This document shows positions 9,434 to 18,026 of a stretch of DNA of 64,000 nucleotides, one piece after another (positions within the stretch are counted from its first letter, which is position 1; each line of letters starts with the position of its first letter). The stretch is from Flavobacteriaceae bacterium (GTDB taxonomy: Bacteria > Bacteroidota > Bacteroidia > Flavobacteriales_D > Crocinitomicaceae): contig JBLHPQ010000003.1 of the NCBI GenBank assembly GCA_047624355.1, forward strand, positions 31,747 through 95,746, read 5' to 3'. Under the pieces are notes generated by a model that worked only from the letters and a program-made list of their open reading frames with translations, ran no database searches and had not been told where the DNA came from. Made by a program: the position numbers and the translations under genes.

Positions 9434-11221
9434 ATGATCCGTAAGTTGATATATCTGAAAAAAACATCCCTTGCCCTACTCATTGCCTTTCTTGGCATGA
9501 GCGAGTTGAGTTCTGCTCAATACATGGAATTTGAGTGGTCTGACGAATACCGTTATACCAACAGAAAAACGGGCTTTTTTTCAGGATTTATAGGAACAAG
9601 TCATTCCTCTATTTATTTGCTTCAAAGGAATATTTCTAAAGCAAAGCCCTACGAGAAGGCAAAACTCATGTTGGTCGCACTGAATAAAAATTCACTCACT
9701 CAAGATACGATACTGCCCTTAAAAGGCTTTCCAGAAAATGAAAATCAAGCAGAGACGTTAAACTCATTGGACTATCTGACATCTGTTGTTTCTGAAGGAA
9801 GAATTTTCGTCTTTTGGAGAAAACTGATCAATACGGATTCAACTCGGCACGAAGAAATCTATGCTCAAACTTTCAAATCGGATTTGAAATCAGACTTACC
9901 GTTAAAAAAAGTGTTTGAGTTTGTCCAAAAGGTAGGTTCACAATCGTCTATTTTTGATCCATCCATGTGCGTCATTGCGTCGAATAAGGAGATGGATGTT
10001 TTCGTTCTAGGAACTGAGCACTTCGAGGAAGGTGAAATTGAGTTTCAATACATCACCCTGAATGCTCAATTAGCTTCTTCTGTTTTAAAAACGATTCCAC
10101 TCCCTCAGAAATTAAAAAAAATCCCGGGAAGAATCACCTCTGCCTATGATCTCCAAAACAATGGAAATCTCTTCATTCGATCAACTATTGAATATTCCAG
10201 GGAAGAACTTTGGGAACTACCCTCGATACAAGCAAAAACATTTCCTTCGCTCACAGTTGCGAAAATCGAAACAGCAGAATATTCCAACCTAAAAATGCAG
10301 GGCGAAAGCAAAACGATAACCGATTTCAGTTATCAGCAATTAGGAGGAAAAACAAGAGTGATCGGTTTCTTTGGTGATTTGATTAAAGACACCACCGGGG
10401 TTGACAATCAGGGCGTATTTTATGCTGACATCGATGACATTACACTATCGGCAACAGACTTAAACTATGATTATTTCGAGCGGTCCACATCGAATCGATT
10501 ATTCCCGAAAAAAAGGAGAAGAAAAAAGAATGAAGAAGCTCCATCCCAAGAGGAAATTCTCCAAACGCGCTTTGATATTGAGCATATTGAACTTATGCCC
10601 GATAGCAGTATGGTACTCTTTTTCACACGTGTTTACAGCCACGAAGAAAAGACGAGCAGAAGTAATTTGAACGGAGAAAATGTATACACTACACAATCGT
10701 TTTCTAAGAAAAATGATCTTTCCGCTCTTCGGTTTGCTGAAAAAGGGAAGGTTGTTTGGGCAAGAAGTGTAGATCGAAAAGCTTTATACGAAGGGTCTAA
10801 TGTTACAGATATCAGCGTAGTTTATAGGTACGGCAAATTCATTGTTCTCTATGGTGATGAGAATGCTGACTTAAAGCCACCACGCAGAGGAAAGAAGTAT
10901 CGCCATTTAACGGAAGAACTGGCGTATGCCACATTTGATCCAAATTCAGGGAGAGCAAAAGTGCTTGCCACGGATGTAAATGAACCAAAAACGATTAAAA
11001 AAGATAAACGCTACCTCGATCCGAATTCAGCCGTGGTAATTGATGGTCAGTTCTATTTCCACAAAATGAGAGTTCGTCTGAACCCACTTTGGACTGCAGC
11101 GAATGTGATTTTTTTCCCCACTATTTATTATTCTGTCCTTTCAGGGAACACAAAATTGGGAAAAGCTGATTTCGCCACGATGAGGGTTATGGAAGGAAAA
11201 CGACCTCGGAAAGGAAGGTAA
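9434..11221 (+). CDS. hypothetical secreted protein
   Basis: 595-aa ORF starting 23 nt after the OmpA gene. It has a signal peptide (..LGMSELSSAQ) and no motif I recognise. An internal polybasic stretch reads KKRRRKKNEE. Confidence 0.6.
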   Translation: MIRKLIYLKKTSLALLIAFLGMSELSSAQYMEFEWSDEYRYTNRKTGFFSGFIGTSHSSIYLLQRNISKAKPYEKAKLMLVALNKNSLTQDTILPLKGFPENENQAETLNSLDYLTSVVSEGRIFVFWRKLINTDSTRHEEIYAQTFKSDLKSDLPLKKVFEFVQKVGSQSSIFDPSMCVIASNKEMDVFVLGTEHFEEGEIEFQYITLNAQLASSVLKTIPLPQKLKKIPGRITSAYDLQNNGNLFIRSTIEYSREELWELPSIQAKTFPSLTVAKIETAEYSNLKMQGESKTITDFSYQQLGGKTRVIGFFGDLIKDTTGVDNQGVFYADIDDITLSATDLNYDYFERSTSNRLFPKKRRRKKNEEAPSQEEILQTRFDIEHIELMPDSSMVLFFTRVYSHEEKTSRSNLNGENVYTTQSFSKKNDLSALRFAEKGKVVWARSVDRKALYEGSNVTDISVVYRYGKFIVLYGDENADLKPPRRGKKYRHLTEELAYATFDPNSGRAKVLATDVNEPKTIKKDKRYLDPNSAVVIDGQFYFHKMRVRLNPLWTAANVIFFPTIYYSVLSGNTKLGKADFATMRVMEGKRPRKGR

Positions 11222-11424
11222 TTCACTCTTAGCGATATTGATTTGGTGCTGTTACAATTGAATTAATCTTTAATATTTTCATTCTATCGTGATTTTATTT
11301 CACACAAATACACCTTGACTTTATATATCCCGGTAACTATTTAAGTTGTTTTGCCATTATAAAGTATTTCCAATGTTCAATAATTACAATAATCGATAAC
11401 AGATCACGTTTCTCCTGCTACTCG

Positions 11425-12549
11425 ATGGAATTACAAGAAGACATATTATCTATCAGCAACATCATTGCGATTGTCGTGAGTGCATTCCTTGCGCTTCACT
11501 TTCTGTTTTTGAAGACTTCAAGCTGGAAGGCAAACATCTTCTTAGGCCTCTTTCTGCTGCTCACCTCCCTATCTGTATTTGTCTCGGAATTGGAAACACA
11601 CTATCATCAGGAGTTGAACCTTCCATTAATAGAATTCATTTTCTCTCCCATCCTGCTAAGTGTAATCCTTTTCTACTATGTATTGGCCTCTACAGATTCT
11701 CTAAAAACAAAAGGGCCCAAATACGCTTGGATGTACGTCCTATCATTTGCGTTTTCCATCCTTGATTTTTCCCTGATTTCTCTCCCAGAGAATGATTTTA
11801 TAAACCTAATCTCAGTTGTCGTTTACCTTACATCTGGACTCATTAGCCTTGTCGTTCTTCTTTTGATTATGAATGAAATTAAGGCGCACAATAAAAACAT
11901 CCTCCGCCTATTTTCTTCCATTGAGAACAAACAGCTTAATTGGCTAAAGCTATTGATCATTGTCAATATTGGCTTTGCCTGCATTTGGTTCATCGATGAT
12001 TTTTTAGTCGCCATCATTGGAGATAATTTGGTTTCAAATGGCATTTCACTATTTTCTACTTTTGCCACATTAGTCACCATTTTATGGATTGGGTTTGCAG
12101 GTCTGAGACAGAGTCCAATATTTGAATCAATCACGTTATCCCAAGACAAGGAGCCTCCACCAGTTATGGTTCTGGATGATGAACTCAGACAGAAGTACGA
12201 GGCCTTGAACACGCTAATTATTGAAAAGCGATTGTATACCGATCAAGATTTAACCCTATCAGATCTCGCAAAATTGACGGATCTTCGCCCCAAAGAACTT
12301 TCAATGCTAATAAATCAACAGTTTGAAAGTAGTTTTTATCACTTCATTAACCACCATCGTGTAGGCCATTTTAAAGAAATTTCCAATGACGCAAAGTATG
12401 ATTACCTGAGCATTGAAGGCTTATCACAAGAAGCTGGATTCAAATCAAAATCAACGTTTTATGCAGCTTTCAAACGCATTGAGGGAACGACTCCGAAAGA
12501 ATATGAATCGAGGCATAATAACGCAACAGATGTCAGTCGAACTTCTTAA
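11425..12549 (+). CDS. membrane-anchored AraC-type HTH regulator
   Basis: 374 aa. The N-terminal half has about six hydrophobic helices. The C-terminal AraC HTH reads LSDLAKLTDLRPKELS...GFKSKSTFYAAFKR. Confidence 0.75.
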   Translation: MELQEDILSISNIIAIVVSAFLALHFLFLKTSSWKANIFLGLFLLLTSLSVFVSELETHYHQELNLPLIEFIFSPILLSVILFYYVLASTDSLKTKGPKYAWMYVLSFAFSILDFSLISLPENDFINLISVVVYLTSGLISLVVLLLIMNEIKAHNKNILRLFSSIENKQLNWLKLLIIVNIGFACIWFIDDFLVAIIGDNLVSNGISLFSTFATLVTILWIGFAGLRQSPIFESITLSQDKEPPPVMVLDDELRQKYEALNTLIIEKRLYTDQDLTLSDLAKLTDLRPKELSMLINQQFESSFYHFINHHRVGHFKEISNDAKYDYLSIEGLSQEAGFKSKSTFYAAFKRIEGTTPKEYESRHNNATDVSRTS

Positions 12550-12633
12550 TCCCTTAGTTGAACTAGAGTTGACCGAACTATGTTGATCTTGTTCTAGCGA
12601 ACTAGAAATAACTATTCGCTCAAACAGCATCAC

Positions 12634-13701
12634 ATGAAAAAATTTCTCTTTATCCTTTTCTTCCCTATTTCAGCATTCGGACAAAATACTGTTTGCTTTA
12701 CAATTGAAGCAAATCCAAACCCAACGGATCCGGCACTAAGTAGCTTTACTAAATACGTCAACGTATTAGATTGCTTCGAAATCTATGGGGAGCCGACAAT
12801 TTCAGATGCAAAAGTATTGCACGCCGCTGCTGTGGCGGCAGAACTATTGGACAATGACGAAGACGGAATAGTAGACGACCTATTGATTAAAGACGAACTC
12901 GCCAACTCCAGTGCATTAATGCCGCTTTTTTCAAGTGAGGGCTCAGCTGCAGAAACAGCTTTCGATAGCAACTATACCGGAAATGGTGTTAGCGCCGTTC
13001 TCTATAATAATGAAATCGACCCTACTCAGACAGGGTATTGGGGGGCTGATGCGACCGTTGAAGAAGTCCTCCATACAATTAACCATGTCGGCCATACAAA
13101 TGTCTATCCTTCAGCATTCAGTATGTCTGCGAACTCTTCGCTAATGAGCGCTGCAATGGACTCGGCGAGAGGTGGCCAGTTTTTAACAATCCCAAGTCCA
13201 TATCCAGCCAGTGCATGGTACCATTATGATGATGTCACATGCGATTACGAGTGCATGGCAATAGAATATATCTACTGGTCAATTGTAAGCAATATGGGGA
13301 TTTTGGATGATGCTGCAACCTGTTCTGGAATTGCAAATGAATGGGAGCCATGTAGCCCGAGCCTTTTTCAATCCATAGACGTATTGATGTACGCGCTAAT
13401 TACTGACCCACAATACAAACTACCACAAATTGCTCCAGACGGGAATTACTGCCCATCCAATGTTGGGGTCAATTCAATTCCATCAACAAAATCCCTGATC
13501 TACCCTAATCCAGCAAGTGATACTTTCAACTATATAAGTTCAAGCAATTCTTTCCTCAAAATTATTGGACTTAATGGTGCAATTATATCAGAGGCGAGTC
13601 TATCAATAGGAAATAATAATATCAATGTTTCTACTATTGATAATGGTCTCTATTTAGTCATGGCAGAAGGTCAAGCTCAACGCATCCAGGTCAAACATTG
13701 A
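12634..13701 (+). CDS. secreted protein with T9SS C-terminal sorting domain
   Basis: 355 aa with a signal peptide. The C-terminal tail (IYPNPASDTFNY...GLYLVMAEGQAQRIQVKH) is typical of T9SS cargo. The passenger domain is unrecognised and contains HTINHVGH. Confidence 0.65.
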   Translation: MKKFLFILFFPISAFGQNTVCFTIEANPNPTDPALSSFTKYVNVLDCFEIYGEPTISDAKVLHAAAVAAELLDNDEDGIVDDLLIKDELANSSALMPLFSSEGSAAETAFDSNYTGNGVSAVLYNNEIDPTQTGYWGADATVEEVLHTINHVGHTNVYPSAFSMSANSSLMSAAMDSARGGQFLTIPSPYPASAWYHYDDVTCDYECMAIEYIYWSIVSNMGILDDAATCSGIANEWEPCSPSLFQSIDVLMYALITDPQYKLPQIAPDGNYCPSNVGVNSIPSTKSLIYPNPASDTFNYISSSNSFLKIIGLNGAIISEASLSIGNNNINVSTIDNGLYLVMAEGQAQRIQVKH

Positions 13702-13720
13702 AAGTTAAGGGATGATAAAA

Positions 13721-13758
13721 AGCCCCTACGGTAACAAAAGTAGGGGCTTTGTTCTTTT
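13721..13758 (+). terminator. rho-independent terminator
   Basis: Perfect 9-bp stem AGCCCCTAC/GTAGGGGCT with a 10-nt loop, followed by TTGTTCTTTT. It lies 20 nt after the stop at 13701. Confidence 0.7.
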
Positions 13759-14052
13759 AATACTATTTACTCGATAGTGAATCTCCGTTCAACACTTCCA
13801 TCACTATAGATATAAATAAGTGGCACATTGGGGATAAACTGAGTTTCTCTACCCATCAAATCAACAATTTTTAGCAATTCAATAGGTGCTCCCGTCAATA
13901 CATCAATTCCAGATTGAATAGGGCTATAGGTAACAGAAATTCGCAAATAGTAGGTCTCCTATATAGGGCAAGTTATCAAGTTGATTTATGGTTGTCGACG
14001 CACTATAAATAAGTTGGGGCAAAAATCAAACCCACCATAAAAGTCGAGAAGT

Positions 14053-14730
14053 CTATTTTTCTGATAGTATGTAGGTAAGGTCGAGCTGAACGCTAATAAT
14101 ATCTTTATTAATCTCTGCCTCTTGATTTTTTGCGCGCAACGGAAACAGAAGTGTATTGAAACTAAATGATCCTTTGAGCTTTAGGTTGGTTCCCTTAAGA
14201 ATTATAGATACTGGGAACTCTACTGTTTCTGTGTGGTCCTGGATCATCAATTCGCATTTGGCCGCGTAACTCCCAAGATCATTTTCTTCAAAAGATAAAA
14301 AGGTAAGGGTTGATGTTGGATATTCTTTGGTATCAAAAAGACCTTTTCCTTTTTCCTCAGAGAATTTGAACGTTTTCATATCGAAGAATAAATCCGCCTC
14401 ATCATAAATATCATCGATAATTTCAAATCCGCCTATGGTAGGTTTAACATCACCACTCATCTCTAATTGCACTGCATCCATTTGGATATCAACGTCAGCG
14501 CCAAAAATTTTCATTGTACGCTTCATCGATTTTTGATCCAATTTTCGCGTCCAGTCAATAGTGCTGGCCTCAACTGAAAGGTCATAGTTTTTCTTAATAA
14601 TTTCAGGTATCTTGTTTTCTTGCTCAATTGTCTTATTGGAGTCAGAACCGTTTACGCCTCCATTATCCGATTTGCACGAATAAAAGATTGTTCCTGTCGA
14701 AAAAAGTAAGATTGTTACGATCGCTTTCAT
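14053..14730 (-). CDS. YceI-like lipoprotein
   Basis: 225 aa with a lipobox-like N-terminus (..TIFYSC). The stretch LFDTKEYPTSTLTF...CELMIQDHTETVEFPV follows the YceI-domain pattern. Confidence 0.55.
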   Translation of the reverse strand: MKAIVTILLFSTGTIFYSCKSDNGGVNGSDSNKTIEQENKIPEIIKKNYDLSVEASTIDWTRKLDQKSMKRTMKIFGADVDIQMDAVQLEMSGDVKPTIGGFEIIDDIYDEADLFFDMKTFKFSEEKGKGLFDTKEYPTSTLTFLSFEENDLGSYAAKCELMIQDHTETVEFPVSIILKGTNLKLKGSFSFNTLLFPLRAKNQEAEINKDIISVQLDLTYILSEK

Positions 14731-15165
14731 TTTGCTTTGGTTTTATCTTGTAATTTCTTTGTCCTAAACTTAGCTATTCTTTTGCCATTCAACATCAACA
14801 AATCTATATGGTTATCAGACATATACAGCATACCGATGCTCGAGTGGCCAGAATGGTTGAGTAGAACGACAGATTTTCAATCTTGATGACATTAAGACTG
14901 TCGATGATCCATACATCTCTCCCTCCTTTGTTAAGGCAACTCGAGCCTATATCAATCAAGCTTTCATGACAATTTAGCAACTTCTATTTCAGTTTTCTCA
15001 ATTAATTAGTACATTAGTCATTCGGAGAAACATCTCTCCGACAGGTGATCACCCTCACTGGCTCCAACTTTCTGCCAGAAACCGCTTCATTTTTTTTTAT
15101 ATTACAATGAGCTTGCTCGAGGCAATACGAATGTGTTCTTGTCTCGATGCCTAAAACAGTTAGCA

Positions 15166-16632
15166 ATGGAAACAAAAGAAAATCTTGAAGTGGTGAAAAA
15201 CTTCATTAACGGTAAGTTTGAAAGAAATGGGCAAGAATCGCTCAACGTTGAAAGCCCTCTCGACGGGTCAGTAATTTCAACGATTCCGCTCTCGAAATAC
15301 GATGACGTAGACAAAGCTGTGCAAGCAGCCTCTGTGGCCTATAAAGGTTGGTCAGCTACTACATTGAAAGAACGTGCTCAAATATTCTTCAAGTACCGTT
15401 CTTTACTAGCGGAAAACATGCACGAATTGACAGAACTAATTGTTCTTGAAAACGGCAAGAGCTATGGCGAATCAAAAGCCGAAGTTGAGAAAAGTATGGA
15501 ACTCTGTGAATTTGCCGTTTCACTTCCACAAATTGTGAGTAACGAAGTGCAAGAAGTCAGCAAAGGGGTTGAGTGTCGCACAGAAAGAAGACCAATTGGC
15601 GTAGTTGCTTCCATCGCACCGTTTAACTTTCCGAACATGGTTCCTCATTGGACCGTTCCGAATGCATTAATGCTCGGAAATACAATGATTATGAAGCCTT
15701 CTGAACTTGTACCGCTTAGTGTCGTTCGCATGGCTGAATTATTGAAAGAAGCTGGACTTCCAGATGGTGTGTTTAACGTTGTCAACGGAGGGAAGGAAGT
15801 CGTAGAAGCAATTTGCGACCATCCTGATATTAAGGCGGTATCATTTGTCGGTTCTACACATGTTGCTAAAATTGTCTATAAACGGGCGACCTCTAATTTA
15901 AAGAGATGTGTCGCGCTTGGAGGTGCCAAAAATCATTTGATTGTATTGCCTGACGCTCACTTAGAAATGACTGCCTCGAATGTAGTTGCTTCCATGTCAG
16001 GATGTGCCGGTCAGCGTTGTATGGCTGCCTCAGTTATGGTTGGGGTTGACAAAGTTCAACACATTATTGATAAGATGGTTGAAGAAGCAAAAGCAATCGT
16101 ACCGGGTGAAAATCTGGGATCTGTGATTAGCGCCGAAGCCAAAAAGCGCATAGAAGGATATATTACAGCTGCCGAAAACGCTGGAGCCACAATTCTCGTG
16201 GACGGTAGAGGAGCAACTGTTCAAGGAAAAGAAGGAGGGTACTATGTTGGCCCTACAATAATCGATCACGTTACACCGGATATGAGTGTCGCGTCAGAAG
16301 AAATTTTTGGCCCTGTTATTTCGATCATCAGAGCAAAAGATCTAGACGAAGCTATCCAAATTGAAAACAACTCAAACTATGGAAACGCCGCTGCTGTATT
16401 TACACAGAGTGGAGGATTAGCAAAGCAAGTGATGGAGCGTGCTAGCGCTGGGATGATTGGTGTAAATATTGGTGTTCCTGTACCAAGAGAACCTTTCTCA
16501 TTTGGAGGTTGGAATGAGTCTAAATTCGGTGTTAGTGATATCACAGGAAGAAGCTCTATTGAATTTTGGACACAGAATAAAAAAACGACGATCAAGTGGA
16601 ACGCAGATGCGAAAACGAACTGGATGAGTTAG
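15166..16632 (+). CDS. mmsA: CoA-acylating (methyl)malonate-semialdehyde dehydrogenase
   Basis: Aldehyde dehydrogenase fold with the MMSDH-type catalytic segment GCAGQRCMA and N-terminus ..NFINGKF. I prefer the start at METKEN (15166) to the 15133 extension. Confidence 0.9.
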   Translation: METKENLEVVKNFINGKFERNGQESLNVESPLDGSVISTIPLSKYDDVDKAVQAASVAYKGWSATTLKERAQIFFKYRSLLAENMHELTELIVLENGKSYGESKAEVEKSMELCEFAVSLPQIVSNEVQEVSKGVECRTERRPIGVVASIAPFNFPNMVPHWTVPNALMLGNTMIMKPSELVPLSVVRMAELLKEAGLPDGVFNVVNGGKEVVEAICDHPDIKAVSFVGSTHVAKIVYKRATSNLKRCVALGGAKNHLIVLPDAHLEMTASNVVASMSGCAGQRCMAASVMVGVDKVQHIIDKMVEEAKAIVPGENLGSVISAEAKKRIEGYITAAENAGATILVDGRGATVQGKEGGYYVGPTIIDHVTPDMSVASEEIFGPVISIIRAKDLDEAIQIENNSNYGNAAAVFTQSGGLAKQVMERASAGMIGVNIGVPVPREPFSFGGWNESKFGVSDITGRSSIEFWTQNKKTTIKWNADAKTNWMS

Positions 16633-16667
16633 CATTATTTTAAATCACTACTAAGAAGACTATTACT

Positions 16668-18026
16668 ATGAGTGAATCGAACTCAACATCAAAGGAAGTA
16701 ATTCAAAATTGTATGGATTACACCTTGTTTTCATGGTCAAAACAAGGAGGGCTTAGCCCGATTCATGCAGAGCGTGCTGAAGGGGTTTATGTTTATCCGT
16801 CGAGTGGTAAACGCATCCTAGATTTTTCATCTCAGCTGATGAATGTGAACATCGGCCACGGAAACCAACGAATTACTAAGGCTGTGTCCGATCAAATGAA
16901 AAGATTATCTTTCGTTTATCCTGGCATGGCAACTGATGTTCGCGCTAAACTCGGTAAAAAGCTAGCTGAAATTACTCCGGGAAATTTGACAAAGGCATTC
17001 TTCACCGTTTCAGGCGCAGAAGGAATTGAGAATGCTATAAAGCTAGCGCGCATTTATACGGGTAGACATAAAATCATCGGACATTACCGCGCTTATCATG
17101 GTGCAACATACGGTGCTATGGCTGCAAGCGGGAGTGACCCTCGTCGGTTTCCAGTCGATGCGCAGGGCGTACCAAACTTTGTCCATGTAGAGAACCCTTA
17201 CGCGTATCGCTGCCCATGGGGAACAAATTCCGTGGAAGAATGCGGAGAAATGGCCTTGGCAAACTTGGAACGTATAATACAATTCCAAAACCCAGAAAGT
17301 GTCGCGGCAATCTTATTCGAAGGAGAATCTGGATCTTCTGGATGCATAAAGTATCCGCCAAACTACTGGAAGAAACTCCGCATCATGGCCGATAGGTACG
17401 GCATCCTATTAATTGATGATGAGGTAATGAGTGGATTCGGTAGAACGGGTAAAATGTTTGGAATTGATCATCACGACACAACACCGGACATCATGGTATT
17501 GGCTAAAGGACTTACTTCAGCTTACATTCCATTTGGTGCAATGATGGTAACGGATAAAATCGCCAAGCACTTTGATGATATTCCAATGGTTTTGGGCTTA
17601 ACATGCGCTGCGCATCCAGTTGCTTGTGCGGCCGCTATTGAAAACATCGCTGTTATCGAAGAGGGAAACCTTGTTCAAAATGCTGCCGATATGGGCAAGT
17701 ACATGGAACAAGAAGTGGCTAAGTTAATGGAAAAACATCCATCAATCGGTGATTTTAGAAACACTGGATTACTTGGTTGCATTGAGTTAGTGAAGGACCG
17801 AGAGACGAAAGAACCATTAACTCCTTGGAATGCATCTGGTGCTGATATGGAGCCAACTTTGCGTATGCAATCGAAATTGAAAGAATTAGGTATGCACACT
17901 TTTGTGCGTTGGAACTGGATCTTTATCGCGCCACCATTAATCATTACAAAAGAAGAAATAGACGAAGGAATTATCATCATTTCCCAAGTAATTGAGATAG
18001 CTGACGAATATTATACCGGAGAATGA
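16668..18026 (+). CDS. class-III (omega) aminotransferase, likely beta-alanine/beta-aminoisobutyrate transaminase
   Basis: 452 aa with the PLP-fold type I class III layout (..GHGNQRI.., DEVMSGFGRTG, PLP lysine region VLAKGLTS). Its position between mmsA and the pyrimidine genes supports the assignment. Confidence 0.8.
   Translation: MSESNSTSKEVIQNCMDYTLFSWSKQGGLSPIHAERAEGVYVYPSSGKRILDFSSQLMNVNIGHGNQRITKAVSDQMKRLSFVYPGMATDVRAKLGKKLAEITPGNLTKAFFTVSGAEGIENAIKLARIYTGRHKIIGHYRAYHGATYGAMAASGSDPRRFPVDAQGVPNFVHVENPYAYRCPWGTNSVEECGEMALANLERIIQFQNPESVAAILFEGESGSSGCIKYPPNYWKKLRIMADRYGILLIDDEVMSGFGRTGKMFGIDHHDTTPDIMVLAKGLTSAYIPFGAMMVTDKIAKHFDDIPMVLGLTCAAHPVACAAAIENIAVIEEGNLVQNAADMGKYMEQEVAKLMEKHPSIGDFRNTGLLGCIELVKDRETKEPLTPWNASGADMEPTLRMQSKLKELGMHTFVRWNWIFIAPPLIITKEEIDEGIIIISQVIEIADEYYTGE

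Noticed and set aside
11823-12212. A 129-aa ORF on the - strand. Other internal antisense ORFs fall in the same class, for example 8329-8691, 8688-8975, 17043-17361, 42206-42433 and 44049-44926.
   Set aside because: All are nested inside longer ORFs that have clear family motifs. They are treated as shadow ORFs.
15133-15165. The longer N-terminal extension of mmsA (MFLSRCLKQLA..)
   Set aside because: The conserved aldehyde dehydrogenase N-terminus begins at METKEN..NFINGKF. The extension adds residues unlike the family.
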